64,000 bases of DNA from a bacterium (GTDB taxonomy: Bacteria; UBA8248): assembly GCA_963692865.2 (NCBI GenBank), contig OY843592.1:1184001-1248000 (forward strand), written 5' to 3'. The position numbers and the translations under genes were made by a program. The notes under the pieces are model-generated. The model had not been told where the DNA came from. It searched no databases and was given only the letters and a program-made list of their open reading frames with translations. This document shows, one piece after another, positions 35,403-44,687 of this stretch. The stretch's first letter is position 1. The number at the start of each line of letters is the position of its first letter.

Positions 35403-36356
35403 GCCTCGGTCGGGATTGACCCCCAACACCCCCGGATAAGGCTCGAAAAGGGTCTGCGCTTCTAGATACTCGGAGCCGAAGCGCGCGGTCCAGTCTTCAA
35501 GCATATCGAGCGGCGCACCCAGCGGGATTCTCCCCTGCCGGTATGCTTCGAGCGCGTCGAGAAAGCGTCTTTTTTCTTCATTGGTGATTTTCTCCGATAG
35601 ATGCCCCATGGCGTGGGTTAAGGCGTTCACCCATGAGGCCTGGCCGGGCGTGCGGGCGAGGAGCCGCAAGAGCGCGCTTTCGTAAGCGGAGGCGACTTCG
35701 CTGAAGGCGCGTTTATCAAAGTTCGCGGCGACCCGCCCCATCTCGCGCATGGTCTCCTGATCAAATGCCAGGAACAGGAGCTTGTTCTCCGCGTGGTAGC
35801 GGGTGAGGCGTTCGGCGCGGCCTGATTCCCTGGCTTCGCGGAAGGCGGCGAGCGCGAAGATTCTGGTGAGGAAACCCGCGCGAACTTGCCTGTCGTTCAG
35901 ACCGGCCTCGTCTACGAACGCGAGGGCGCCGAACGCTTCGAGCGCGGCCCCGGCGAACAGGCCCGGCCCCTGGGCGATTTGCTCATCCGAGTCGGGAGCG
36001 GGGAATATCCTGGCGTCGGTGATGGCGCAGGAAGGGGATTTGGCTTTCAAGATAAAGCCGTCGACTTCTTCGAGATTCTCAAGAAACAATCTGGAAAAAG
36101 CGTTCATGTCCCGAGTCAGGTGTCTCTTCGTGCTGGGCTGATAGAGGCGTTTCCTCCCGCCTTGCAGGTGGATTCGTATCGGGTCCCTCGGCGTGCCGAG
36201 GCCGATCTCCACCTCGGGGCAGACGGGCCGGAAGCGCACGTGGGGTTTCAGGCGCTCGACGAAGGATGAGGAGATGCGCTCGCCGTTGTAGCGGCACGCC
36301 TCGAACTCCAGGCACTTGCTCACCACGACGACGGGTTTGGCGAACGCGCGGTTCAT
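35337..36356 (-). CDS. DUF523 (2-thiouracil desulfurase-like Fe-S domain) + DUF1722 (YbgA) fusion protein
   Basis: VVSKCL...CRYNG, VCPEVEIGLGTPR, FILKAKSPSC, YHAENK, NALTHAMGHL and YLEAQTLFEPYP motifs; start ATG 36356. Confidence 0.88.
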   Translation of the reverse strand: MNRAFAKPVVVVSKCLEFEACRYNGERISSSFVERLKPHVRFRPVCPEVEIGLGTPRDPIRIHLQGGRKRLYQPSTKRHLTRDMNAFSRLFLENLEEVDGFILKAKSPSCAITDARIFPAPDSDEQIAQGPGLFAGAALEAFGALAFVDEAGLNDRQVRAGFLTRIFALAAFREARESGRAERLTRYHAENKLLFLAFDQETMREMGRVAANFDKRAFSEVASAYESALLRLLARTPGQASWVNALTHAMGHLSEKITNEEKRRFLDALEAYRQGRIPLGAPLDMLEDWTARFGSEYLEAQTLFEPYPGVLGVNPDRGGAVEKPLVFDPRNPPTPLSSS

Positions 36357-36373
36357 TGCACCCCTCCCGAGGC

Positions 36374-36707
36374 GGGGTTGTTGAAAAAGTCCTCGGGAGC
36401 GATTTTTGCGTGCACGCTTTTGAAGTTCACTCCCCCCTTGAGGGTCGGGCATCCCGAGGGGAATGCCCGACGATGAAGCCGAGCGGTATTTGCGAAGGCT
36501 GAATCGGTGGGGGGTAAAATGCGTTTTATCGCCATTCCGAATTATACTCCCCACCGAATCGCTTTCGGGCTTACGCCCTCAGCTCTTCGACTCCCCCTCA
36601 AGGGGGGAGTGGTTGGTTGGCGCTCTGCAATGGAGGAGTAAAGTTTCCGCTCTCCCCGGTCGGCTACATACGCCGAATCACGAAATCATGGCTTTTTCAA
36701 CAGCCCC
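36374..36707. mobile_element. MITE carrying a family-A repeat
   Basis: TIRs GGGGTTGTTGAAAAAG / CTTTTTCAACAGCCCC; family A at 36426-36611; no TSD seen. Confidence 0.7.
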
Positions 36708-36766
36708 GGGATGATGGGCGCGGCGGCGATGCGCATCGTGGAATCCTGAGCGGCTAGCGGGCGCGC

Positions 36767-38548
36767 CTATTCGTAGTCATAAAATCCCTTGCCCGTCTTT
36801 CTGCCCAGCCAGCCCGCCGAGGTCATCCGGCGCAGGATGGGCGGGGCGTAGAACCGCGCCTCGCCCAGTTCTTCGGCCATCGAGTCGGCGACGAAGGTCT
36901 GCACGTCCGCGCCCACCAGGTCGATGAGCGTGAGCGGCCCCATCGGGTGGCCGAGTCCCATGCTGATGGCCTTGTCCATGCTCTCCCTGTCGGCGAGGCC
37001 CTCGTCGAACGCATGGGCGGCGTGGTTGAGATAGGGCACGAGCAGGCGGTTCACGAGGAATCCCGGCCTGTCCTTCACGGGAATGGGCGTCTTGCCGATG
37101 CGGCGGCAGAACGCGACGCCGAACTCGGTGATCTCGGGCGCCGTCTGGACGGCCTCGATCACCTCGACGAGCCGCATCGCGTAGGGCGGGTTGAAGAAGT
37201 GGAGGCCGACCACGCGCTCGGGGGCTTTCGTCTTCGCCGCCATGGCGGTGACCGAAAGGCACGAGGTGTTCGACGCGATGACGGCGCCTTCTTTCGCGAT
37301 CTCTCCCAGCTTTTCGAAGAGTTCGAGCTTGGCGTCGAGGTTCTCGACGATCACCTCGATGATGAGGTCGCAGTCCGCAAGCGCTCCCAGGTCGGTCGAG
37401 CCGCCGAGGCGCGCGAGCGTCGCCTCTTTTTGGGACTCGTCCATCTTCCCGCGCTTGACCGCGCCGTCCAGGTTCCTGCGAATGCGGGTGAGGCCCGCTT
37501 CCAAGGCTCCTGCGTTCACCTCGACGCCGGTTACGTCGAGTCCCGCGGTGATGCACACCTGCGCGATGCCCGACCCCATGGCGCCGAGACCGACCACGCC
37601 GACTTTTTGCACCGCGTCCGCGATGGGCTGTCCCCGGGAGAGGTCGCGCTCATTCGCGGCGTCTTCTTCGGGTTCCGCGACGCCGAACACGCCGGCGGAC
37701 TTGTAGGTGTAGAACCCTCGCCCCGTCTTCGCGCCCAAGGATCCTGCGTCTATCATGCGGTCCACCAGCGGCGGGGGGATGTAGCGCGGGTCCTTGAGTT
37801 GTTCGTACATCGAGAGCGAGACCGTGCGGTGGATGTCCAGCCCCTCGATGTCGAGCAGGCGCATGGGGCCCATCCGGTAGCCGAGGCCCAGCCGCACGCC
37901 CGCGTCCAGGTCCGCCGGGTTCGTGTAGCCCGATTCGATCAAGCGGATGCAGTCGTTCTGGAACGCCACGAGGAAGTAGTTGATCACGAAGCCGGGCCAG
38001 TCCTTGACCGTGACGGGCGTCTGCCCGACTTCCTCCAGAAAGGCCATGGTCGCGCTCGTGGTCTCATCGCTCGTGAGGAGGCCGGGGGCGACTTCCACGA
38101 GCCTGTTGAGCGCGGCGGGCAGGCAGAAATGCGCGCCGATGGTCTGGGCGGGCCGCCCCGACGCCGCCCCCATGTGGGAGATGGAGAGCGTGCTCGTGTT
38201 GGACGCGATGATGGCGCTTCCGTCCAGTACGGCGTTCAGGCTTTTGAGCAGCTTGTTCTTCTCCTCGCGGTCTTCGGTGATGGCCTCGATCACCAGGTCG
38301 CAATCCCCGAGTCCCGTGAGCGATTCGGCCCGGCTTATCCGGCCCAGCATCGCGTCCCTCTCCTCGGGCGAGGTCTTGCCCTTCGCCACGCCCGCGTCCA
38401 CGAACGAGCGCACCCGCGCCATGCCGGCCTCCATGGCCTCCGCGTTCGCCTCGAAGACGACCGTCTCCTTGCCGCCCCGGGCGCATACGATGGCGATGTT
38501 CGAACCCATCGTCCCCAGACCGGCGACGCCCACCCGTTTCACCTTCAT
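36767..38548 (-). CDS. Tandem double 3-hydroxyacyl-CoA (3-hydroxybutyryl-CoA) dehydrogenase
   Basis: Two complete units, each with GLGxMG, IEA/EV..E, IASNTS, HF, PGF..N, MGP and G.KTG.GFY.Y; start ATG 38548. Confidence 0.9.
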   Translation of the reverse strand: MKVKRVGVAGLGTMGSNIAIVCARGGKETVVFEANAEAMEAGMARVRSFVDAGVAKGKTSPEERDAMLGRISRAESLTGLGDCDLVIEAITEDREEKNKLLKSLNAVLDGSAIIASNTSTLSISHMGAASGRPAQTIGAHFCLPAALNRLVEVAPGLLTSDETTSATMAFLEEVGQTPVTVKDWPGFVINYFLVAFQNDCIRLIESGYTNPADLDAGVRLGLGYRMGPMRLLDIEGLDIHRTVSLSMYEQLKDPRYIPPPLVDRMIDAGSLGAKTGRGFYTYKSAGVFGVAEPEEDAANERDLSRGQPIADAVQKVGVVGLGAMGSGIAQVCITAGLDVTGVEVNAGALEAGLTRIRRNLDGAVKRGKMDESQKEATLARLGGSTDLGALADCDLIIEVIVENLDAKLELFEKLGEIAKEGAVIASNTSCLSVTAMAAKTKAPERVVGLHFFNPPYAMRLVEVIEAVQTAPEITEFGVAFCRRIGKTPIPVKDRPGFLVNRLLVPYLNHAAHAFDEGLADRESMDKAISMGLGHPMGPLTLIDLVGADVQTFVADSMAEELGEARFYAPPILRRMTSAGWLGRKTGKGFYDYE

Positions 38549-38737
38549 GGAATTCTCCCCTCGATTGCCATAGCCTTTCATGAGCGAGGCGCGTTTCCCC
38601 GCCTGGAATTTCGCAGTGTCGAACCGCATGTTCAGTATGAAAATTCTTCGAAGAGGGGCGCTCGCGCATCTTCAAAGTTTCCGTACGTGGGTCTCTTTGT
38701 AGGCTTCGCGCCGGATTCTTGTCAATCCGGCCTTGGG

Positions 38738-39013
38738 GGGGTTGTGGAAAAAGGCCACAGAAGGAGCGCACTGAATTTCACTCCCCCCTTGAGGGTCTGG
38801 CTTCCCGAGGGGAAAGCCAGACGATGAAGCCGAGCGGTTTGTGCGAAGGCTGAATCGGTGGGGGGACGATTCTAAATGAAAAACTCCCCCCACCGGTTCG
38901 GTTTCGGGAAAAAAACTTCCTCACCTCACCGTCGGTCTTCCCCGAGGGAGACCGACCCTCAAGGGGGGAGTGAAATTCAGTGCGCTCCTTCTGTGTACTT
39001 CCCCAACCACCCC
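38738..39013. mobile_element. Degenerate MITE carrying a family-A element with long perfect inverted arms
   Basis: Ends GGGGTTGTGGAAAAAG / CTTCCCCAACCACCCC; inner CACAGAAGGAGCGCACTGAATTTCACTCCCCCCTTGAGGGTC with its exact reverse complement at 38954-38995. Confidence 0.65.
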
Positions 39014-39051
39014 TTGCAAGTTCGCCGATCCGGTTTATGATTTTCCCCATC

Positions 39052-39414
39052 ATGAACATCTCGCGCGAGAAGCTGGAGCAACTGATAGAACAAGCCGCGC
39101 AGACGGGCGAACCCGTCTCGATGGAGGGGGAGGACCTCTCCTGGGCGGACCTGGGCGGGTGCGACCTCGCCGACGCCAACCTGAGGGGAGCGAGCCTGGT
39201 GCGCGCCAATCTCTCGGGCGCCGATCTATCGGGCGCGGACCTGCGCGAGGCGGATCTCAGGAACGCCGATCTGGAGGGCGCCGTCCTGCGCGACGCGAAC
39301 CTTTGCGACGCCGACGTCGCGGGGGCGAGCTTCCGGGATGCGGATTTGACGGGTGCTGAGGTCGATGGCGTGAACTTCGACGAGGCGATCATCGAGGACG
39401 CGCGTTTTCTCTAG
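39052..39414 (+). CDS. Pentapeptide repeat protein
   Basis: Continuous A(D/N)LXX repeats (EDLSW ADLGG CDLAD ANLRG ASLVR ANLSG ...). Confidence 0.9.
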   Translation: MNISREKLEQLIEQAAQTGEPVSMEGEDLSWADLGGCDLADANLRGASLVRANLSGADLSGADLREADLRNADLEGAVLRDANLCDADVAGASFRDADLTGAEVDGVNFDEAIIEDARFL

Positions 39415-39489
39415 GGGTTGTTGGCCCTGTTTGCGTGATTCGGCGCATGTAATCGACAGACGAGAGATAAGATGCACTCCCCCCTTGAG

Positions 39490-39999
39490 GGGGCCGTTGA
39501 AAAAGCTTCGTGGCAGGGCAAAGGCAACCCCCTTGAGGGGAAGACCTCATAAAGGCAACCCCCCTACCCCCCTTGTCAGGGCTGTTGAAAACCCTCGATG
39601 AGTGAGAGATTGTCGGTATTGCGTAGGGACAACCCTCCGTGGTTGTCCTCCATCGGACAGGCACGGAGGCCTGTCCCTACGGTCGCCATTCGAGGGGATG
39701 TGCAGGGGTCGCCCGATCGGGATTGACCCACCGCGCGGCATCGGGCTTGGCAGAACGCTTGACGCCCTCATCCCGCGCAAGCGCCCCAAGCCCTCATCCT
39801 GAGTAGGCGCGCAAGCGCCGTATCGAAGGATGGGGCGCATCTCTCCGGCGGACGCGCTTCGCCCTTCGATACGCCGCCTTCGGCGGCTACTCAGGGTGAA
39901 GCAGAGCGGCGGGTAGCTCGGGGGGTGGGAGGTATGACGTGCAAGTGCGGAGAATGCGCCGCGCGCATTTTCCCATTGACGGGCTTTTTCAACAGCCCC
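39490..39999. mobile_element. MITE inserted into a family-A element (TSD TTGAG), carrying family-C, REP-doublet and family-B repeats
   Basis: TIRs GGGGCCGTTGAAAAAGC / GCTTTTTCAACAGCCCC; TTGAG at 39485-39489 and 40000-40004; excision rebuilds CACTCCCCCCTTGAGGGTCCGG...; a further left end lies inside at 39579. Confidence 0.85.
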
Positions 40000-40004
40000 T
40001 TGAG

Positions 40005-40203
40005 GGTCCGGTCTCCCTCGGGGAAGACCGACGGTGAGGGGAGTTTTTCATTTGGAATCGTCCCCCCACCGATTCAGCCTTCGCACAAACCGCTCGGCTT
40101 CATCGTCTGGCTTTCCCCTCGGGAAGCCGGACCCTCAAGGGGGAGTGAACTTCAAGCGTGCGCGCAACCCGAAATTGTTTCCCGGAGATTTTTCAACAAC
40201 CCC
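40005..40203. repeat. Remainder of the family-A element plus a MITE right end
   Basis: Near-identical inverted copy of 38777-38890; TTTTTCAACAACCCC at 40189-40203. Confidence 0.75.
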
Positions 40204-40234
40204 CTTTGGGGGCGCGCGCTGGGTCCGGCCCCGC

Positions 40235-41413
40235 CTATTCCTCTCCGCGTAATATGATGGAGACCATCTCCCGCAGGCCGACCGCCTCCACGTTCTTCGC
40301 GACGGGGTGGCGCTCCTCGCCCGAATAGACGATGAAGGCGCGCTCGGGCTTCACGTCCTCGCAGGCGTGGTGGAAGCCCTTGCCGGGACCGGGGGAGAGG
40401 CCGCGTTTGATCTCGACCGCCCACGGACCCCGCCTCCCCGGGAGTTCGAGCACGAGGTCGATCTCCGCGCCCGCCAGGGTGCGGTAGAAGCTCGCCATGG
40501 TCCGGGGCGGGGCGACGGCGAGGAGGTTCTCGATGACGAAACCCTCCCAGCTCGGCCCCACGACCGGGTGGCCCGCGAGCGCGTCGTAATCCTCGACCCC
40601 GAGCAGGGCGTGGACGATGCCGCTGTCGCGCACGTACGTCTTGGGCGATTTGACCAGCCGCTTCTTGACGTTCGCGTGGAACGGGCGCAGGCGGCGGACG
40701 AGGAGCAGGTCGACCAGCAGGTCGATGTAGCCGGTCACCGTCGGGGCGCTGACCGCAAGCCCCGCGGCCAGCTTCGACGCGTTGAGCAGCGTGCCCTGCC
40801 CGTGGGCCAGCATGGTCCAGAACCGCTCCAGCGTCTCCGCCGGGATGCGCCGGCCGAACTGCGTCACGTCGCGCTCCAGGTAGGAGCGGATGAAATTCCG
40901 CCGGAAGGTCATGCTGTCGGCGTCGTCGTCGGCCAAAAAGCTGTCCGGGAAGCCGCCGCGCACCCACAGCTCCGTGGCGGCCCGCGCGTCGGGCGCGGCC
41001 TCGCTCACGTCGAGCGGGCCGAGTTCGACGTATTCGATCCGCCCGGCGAGGCTCTCCCCCGATTGGCGGAGCAGGTCGAGCGACGCCGATCCCAGCATCA
41101 GAAAGCGGCCCGTTCGCTTCCCCCGCCTGCGGCCCCGGTCGATCAGGCCGCGCAACTCCTGGAACAGCTCCGGGGCGCGGTGGATCTCGTCGAGGATGAC
41201 GAGGCGGTCCTCGTATTCGCCGAGATAGAGCGCGGGGTCGGCGAGTTTCTCCCGATCCGTGCGGGATTCCAGGTCGAGATAGATCGCGTCCGCGCTTTCG
41301 GCGATCTCGAGGGCCAGCGTCGTCTTGCCGACCTGGCGCGCGCCGAGCAGGGCGACGGAGGCCTGTCTGCCGAGCGCTTTCAGTATGTTTTGGTATGATC
41401 GTCTGTATATCAT
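40235..41413 (-). CDS. AAA+ ATPase (AAA_14) with DUF4143 and a C-terminal PD-(D/E)xK-like domain
   Basis: GARQVGKT, ILDEIH, LGSAS, ESLAGR, RGGFP, KSPKTYVRDSG, WEGFV and EIDLV...AVEIK motifs. Confidence 0.92.
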   Translation of the reverse strand: MIYRRSYQNILKALGRQASVALLGARQVGKTTLALEIAESADAIYLDLESRTDREKLADPALYLGEYEDRLVILDEIHRAPELFQELRGLIDRGRRRGKRTGRFLMLGSASLDLLRQSGESLAGRIEYVELGPLDVSEAAPDARAATELWVRGGFPDSFLADDDADSMTFRRNFIRSYLERDVTQFGRRIPAETLERFWTMLAHGQGTLLNASKLAAGLAVSAPTVTGYIDLLVDLLLVRRLRPFHANVKKRLVKSPKTYVRDSGIVHALLGVEDYDALAGHPVVGPSWEGFVIENLLAVAPPRTMASFYRTLAGAEIDLVLELPGRRGPWAVEIKRGLSPGPGKGFHHACEDVKPERAFIVYSGEERHPVAKNVEAVGLREMVSIILRGEE

Positions 41414-41708
41414 CCTTGTAAATTAAAACAAACACTTTTAATTTGCAAGGATAATCCAAATTTTTCTTGTAAATTAAAAGTCTAACTTTCATTTTACAAG
41501 GATAAACTTTCTTCTCCCGGCTCAGGGTGAGGCGGGAACGAGGCTCCGGAAGTCATCGGACCGGGGGATGGCGCCGGGTTTCAGGCCGGCGAAGTCGTGT
41601 GCGGGCGGATCCCCGCCTTGCCCGGATAGGACCTCTTCAGGACGATCCGGCGGGATATTTGCCAATTATCCTTGTAAATTAAAAGTCAGACTTTCAATTT
41701 ACAAGGAT
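41412..41708. repeat. Three copies of a 41-bp AT-rich palindrome upstream of the DUF4143 ATPase
   Basis: ATCCTTGTAAATTAAAA-N7-TTT(T/C)A(A/T)TT(T)RCAAGGAT at 41412-41452, 41463-41503 and 41668-41708. Confidence 0.9.
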
Positions 41709-41841
41709 AATGGCCTGATTTGCTGGTTTCTCGGACGCGCCGGGAGAGAAAACGGCGGCGCCACGAGGATGGAAGACGAAAGCGTTATGGTGAAACTGCG
41801 CGAGGGAACGGGCTCCGGCGTCCGTCCGGCTCCAGGGTTTT

Positions 41842-43443
41842 CTAGTCGAACACCGTGTCGTCGTAGTGCGCGGCGTCCACCACCGCCTCGATGACGGTCG
41901 GCCCCTCGGCGTCGAAGGCCTCCTTGAGCGCGCGCCCGAGTTCCTCCGGCGTTCGCGCGCCCACGGCGGGCACGCCGAAGTAGTGGGCGGGCGGCGCCTG
42001 GTATTCCTCCGCCTGGAGTTCGGTGCCGTAGCGGCCGTAATCGCGCCTGTCCTGCTTGACCTGGATGAGCGAGAGCCAGCGGTCGTCCAGCACGACGATG
42101 GGGATGGCGAGGCCCATCCTCTTGGCCACGGCCACCTCGCCGCACGTCATCTGGAAGCACCCGTCCCCGATGAGGGCGACGACGGGTTTATCCGGGTGTG
42201 CCAGTTTCGCGGCGATGGCCCCCGGCAGGCCGAAGCCCATCGAGGACCACCCGTTCGTGATGAGGAACGTGCGCGGGTCGTGCACGGTCCACTGGCTGGC
42301 TATCTGGTGCGTGTGCGCGCCCACGTCGAAGGAGAGGATTCCCTCCTTCGGCGTCGCCTCGCGCACCACGTCGATGGCCTCATGGGCCGCGAAGTGCGGA
42401 ACCGCAGGCCGCAGGGCCTTCTGGAATTTTTCCTTGTGGCGCAAGGCGGCGTCCGAGGGCCACTCGTAGCTGCCGGGCGTCATGTCGTTCATGCGCCTTA
42501 GAGAGGCGTCGAGGTCGCCCACCACCTCGTGCGCGATATCGACCGAAGCGTCCGCGTCCACCGGGTCGATGTCCACGCTTGCGAGGGGCGCGTCCTTGAT
42601 CCATTGCTCGTATTCCACCTCGACGACGTCGTAGCCGACCCCGAGGATCAGGTCCGCGCTTCTCAGGAACTCGCGCTGCACTTGGCGCTTGCCGCGTTCG
42701 ATGCACCCTATGGATAGCGGGTGGTCCTCGTCTATCATCCCCTTGGCCATGGTGGTCGTGGCGAAAGGAAGCTGGTGGCGGTCGATGAAGGCGCGCAGGA
42801 GGCCTGGGTTTTCCATCCGCATGGTCGTGGAGCCCAGAACGGCGACGGGCCGCTTTGCGCTTTGAAGCAAGGATTCGAGTTTGCCGAATGCGCTCTCGGG
42901 CGCCGGACGGTGGCGCTTTCCCTCGGGGATAGGCGGCGTATCCTCGGTGGCGGGCGCCAGCGATACGTCTTCGGGCAGGTCGAGATGGACGGGGCCGTGC
43001 GGCTCGCTCAAGGCGAGGCCCATCGCCTCTTCCAGCACGGAGGCGACGCGGCCTTTCCTGAGCGGGAGGCTCGCCTTGGAGATGGGCCGGTAGAGGGTGT
43101 GGTGGTCGATGTACATCTGGATGCGGCGCCCCAACTGGTGCGTGTGCAGGTTGCAGGTGAGGGCGATGAGCGGGGAGCGGTCCAGATAGGCGTTGCCCAC
43201 GCCGGTCGAGAGGTTGGTGGCGCCCGGCCCCAAGGTGGCGATGCAAAAGCCGGGCGCGCCCGTCAGGCGGCCCATCACGTCGGCGGCGAAGCTCGCGGAG
43301 CCCTCGTGCGCGGTGAGGACGAAGGTGATCCCCCCCTTGCGCATGGCCTCCAGCATGGGCAGCACGTTTCCGCTCGGGATGCCGAAGCAGTGCGTGACGC
43401 CCGCTTCCTTCATGGTCTTGACGATCAGGTCCGCGTTGTTCAT
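41842..43443 (-). CDS. Thiamine pyrophosphate-binding enzyme (acetolactate synthase large subunit-like)
   Basis: FGIPSG, HEGSA, TLGPGATN, GPVHLDLPED, SMGFGLP and GDGCF motifs. Confidence 0.9.
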   Translation of the reverse strand: MNNADLIVKTMKEAGVTHCFGIPSGNVLPMLEAMRKGGITFVLTAHEGSASFAADVMGRLTGAPGFCIATLGPGATNLSTGVGNAYLDRSPLIALTCNLHTHQLGRRIQMYIDHHTLYRPISKASLPLRKGRVASVLEEAMGLALSEPHGPVHLDLPEDVSLAPATEDTPPIPEGKRHRPAPESAFGKLESLLQSAKRPVAVLGSTTMRMENPGLLRAFIDRHQLPFATTTMAKGMIDEDHPLSIGCIERGKRQVQREFLRSADLILGVGYDVVEVEYEQWIKDAPLASVDIDPVDADASVDIAHEVVGDLDASLRRMNDMTPGSYEWPSDAALRHKEKFQKALRPAVPHFAAHEAIDVVREATPKEGILSFDVGAHTHQIASQWTVHDPRTFLITNGWSSMGFGLPGAIAAKLAHPDKPVVALIGDGCFQMTCGEVAVAKRMGLAIPIVVLDDRWLSLIQVKQDRRDYGRYGTELQAEEYQAPPAHYFGVPAVGARTPEELGRALKEAFDAEGPTVIEAVVDAAHYDDTVFD

Positions 43444-43458
43444 GGAAAATCTCCGGTA

Positions 43459-44502
43459 TCAGGATGACGAATGACGATAAATGTTGATGAGGTCCTTTAA
43501 CAAAGCCGCGGCCGCGCCGCGCGGGTCGCTCTTGCCGCCCACGACGGTGACGCGGTCCATCGTATCGCTCGTGTAGGTGATTCCCTTCTCCGCCCCGTCC
43601 ACGCCCGCCAGGGGGTGATCGGGCGGGAGAAGCTCGGGCGTGACGCGGGCCGAGACGCGCCCGGCCTCATCCCGCCTCGCGGCGCCCACCAGGCGCATGA
43701 TTTTGCCCTCTGCGCTCGCGCGCTGCACGTCGTCGAGAGTGATTCCGGCGATGCCCGTCCGCTCCACGTCTTCGGGCGTCAAGTCGGCATTCATGGAGAC
43801 GTTCGCGATGAGCGCGAGTTTGTTCGCCGTGTCGAAACCCTCCACGTCCAGCGTGGGGTCGGTCTCCGCGATGCCGAGCGCCTGCGCTTCGGCGAGCGCC
43901 TCCTCATAACTCTGGCCGTTTGTCCGCATGCGCGTGAGGATGAAATTCGTCGTCCCGTTCAGCACGCCCTCTATCCCGAGAATCTCTGCGCCCGCGAGAC
44001 AGGTCTCGGCCATGTCGATGGTCGGAAGGGCGGCGGCCGCGGCGGCGGATATTTTGAGGCTCAAATTTTTCTCCCGCGCCAGCCCGGTCAGTTCGCGCCA
44101 GGCGCGGATGAACGGCCCCTTGTTCGCGCTCACGACGTGGATGCCCCTCCCGAGCGCCTCACGGATGTGGCTCAAGGCGGGCTCGCCCGTGCGGATGTCG
44201 GTGGGCGTCGTCTCGATGAGTACGTCGGCCTGCGCCGAGCGGACGAGGTCGAGTCCTTGCCAGCTTGCCATAAGGTTCGGATGACCCGCGAAGCCGTCCT
44301 CTCGCTCGAAGGCGTCGGCGGTTTCTGCGGGGTCGAGTCCGCCGGGGCAATGCAGGCTTCCGTTCAACTCGCCCACGCCGACGAAGGCCGCTTCCAGGCC
44401 GTAAGCCGTCCGCATGTGTTCTGATTTTTCGTGGATGAGTCTCGCGAATTCGTGCCCCACGCGCCCGAACCCGCAAACGATCACTCTTGTTTTATCAGCC
44501 AA
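43459..44502 (-). CDS. hom: Homoserine dehydrogenase (short form, no ACT domain)
   Basis: GFGRVG, HVVSANKGP, EGVLNGTTNFIL and AETDPTLDVEGFDTANK motifs. Confidence 0.85.
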   Translation of the reverse strand: MADKTRVIVCGFGRVGHEFARLIHEKSEHMRTAYGLEAAFVGVGELNGSLHCPGGLDPAETADAFEREDGFAGHPNLMASWQGLDLVRSAQADVLIETTPTDIRTGEPALSHIREALGRGIHVVSANKGPFIRAWRELTGLAREKNLSLKISAAAAAALPTIDMAETCLAGAEILGIEGVLNGTTNFILTRMRTNGQSYEEALAEAQALGIAETDPTLDVEGFDTANKLALIANVSMNADLTPEDVERTGIAGITLDDVQRASAEGKIMRLVGAARRDEAGRVSARVTPELLPPDHPLAGVDGAEKGITYTSDTMDRVTVVGGKSDPRGAAAALLKDLINIYRHSSS

Positions 44503-44687
44503 GCGTCATCCTTTTCGGTTGTTGATGCGGGATGCTCGGAATTCCCGCCCCTTCATGCCACGCCGGGCGGCGGGCGGTCAACCGGGTGTTTTCACGCGCC
44601 TCGTTGCCGAGCGGATGAAACTATGAGAAACCTTTTGCTCGTTCATGAACATGCGCTTTCAGGATTCATCTCGCGAAAGGGGAGAAG

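Noticed and set aside
39414-40203. An outer MITE enclosing the 39490-39999 element
   Set aside because: The left end is degenerate (GGGGTTGTTGGCCC) and the flanks CTCTA/CTTTG do not form a TSD, so the pairing is unsupported.
41531-41540. GGCGGGAACG match to the tRNA-Sec 3' end as an att site
   Set aside because: Only 10 GC-rich bp, on the wrong side of the tRNA, and there is no integrase.
41412-41708. CRISPR array
   Set aside because: Only three repeats, with gaps of 10 and 164 bp, and no cas genes; they look like operators rather than an array.
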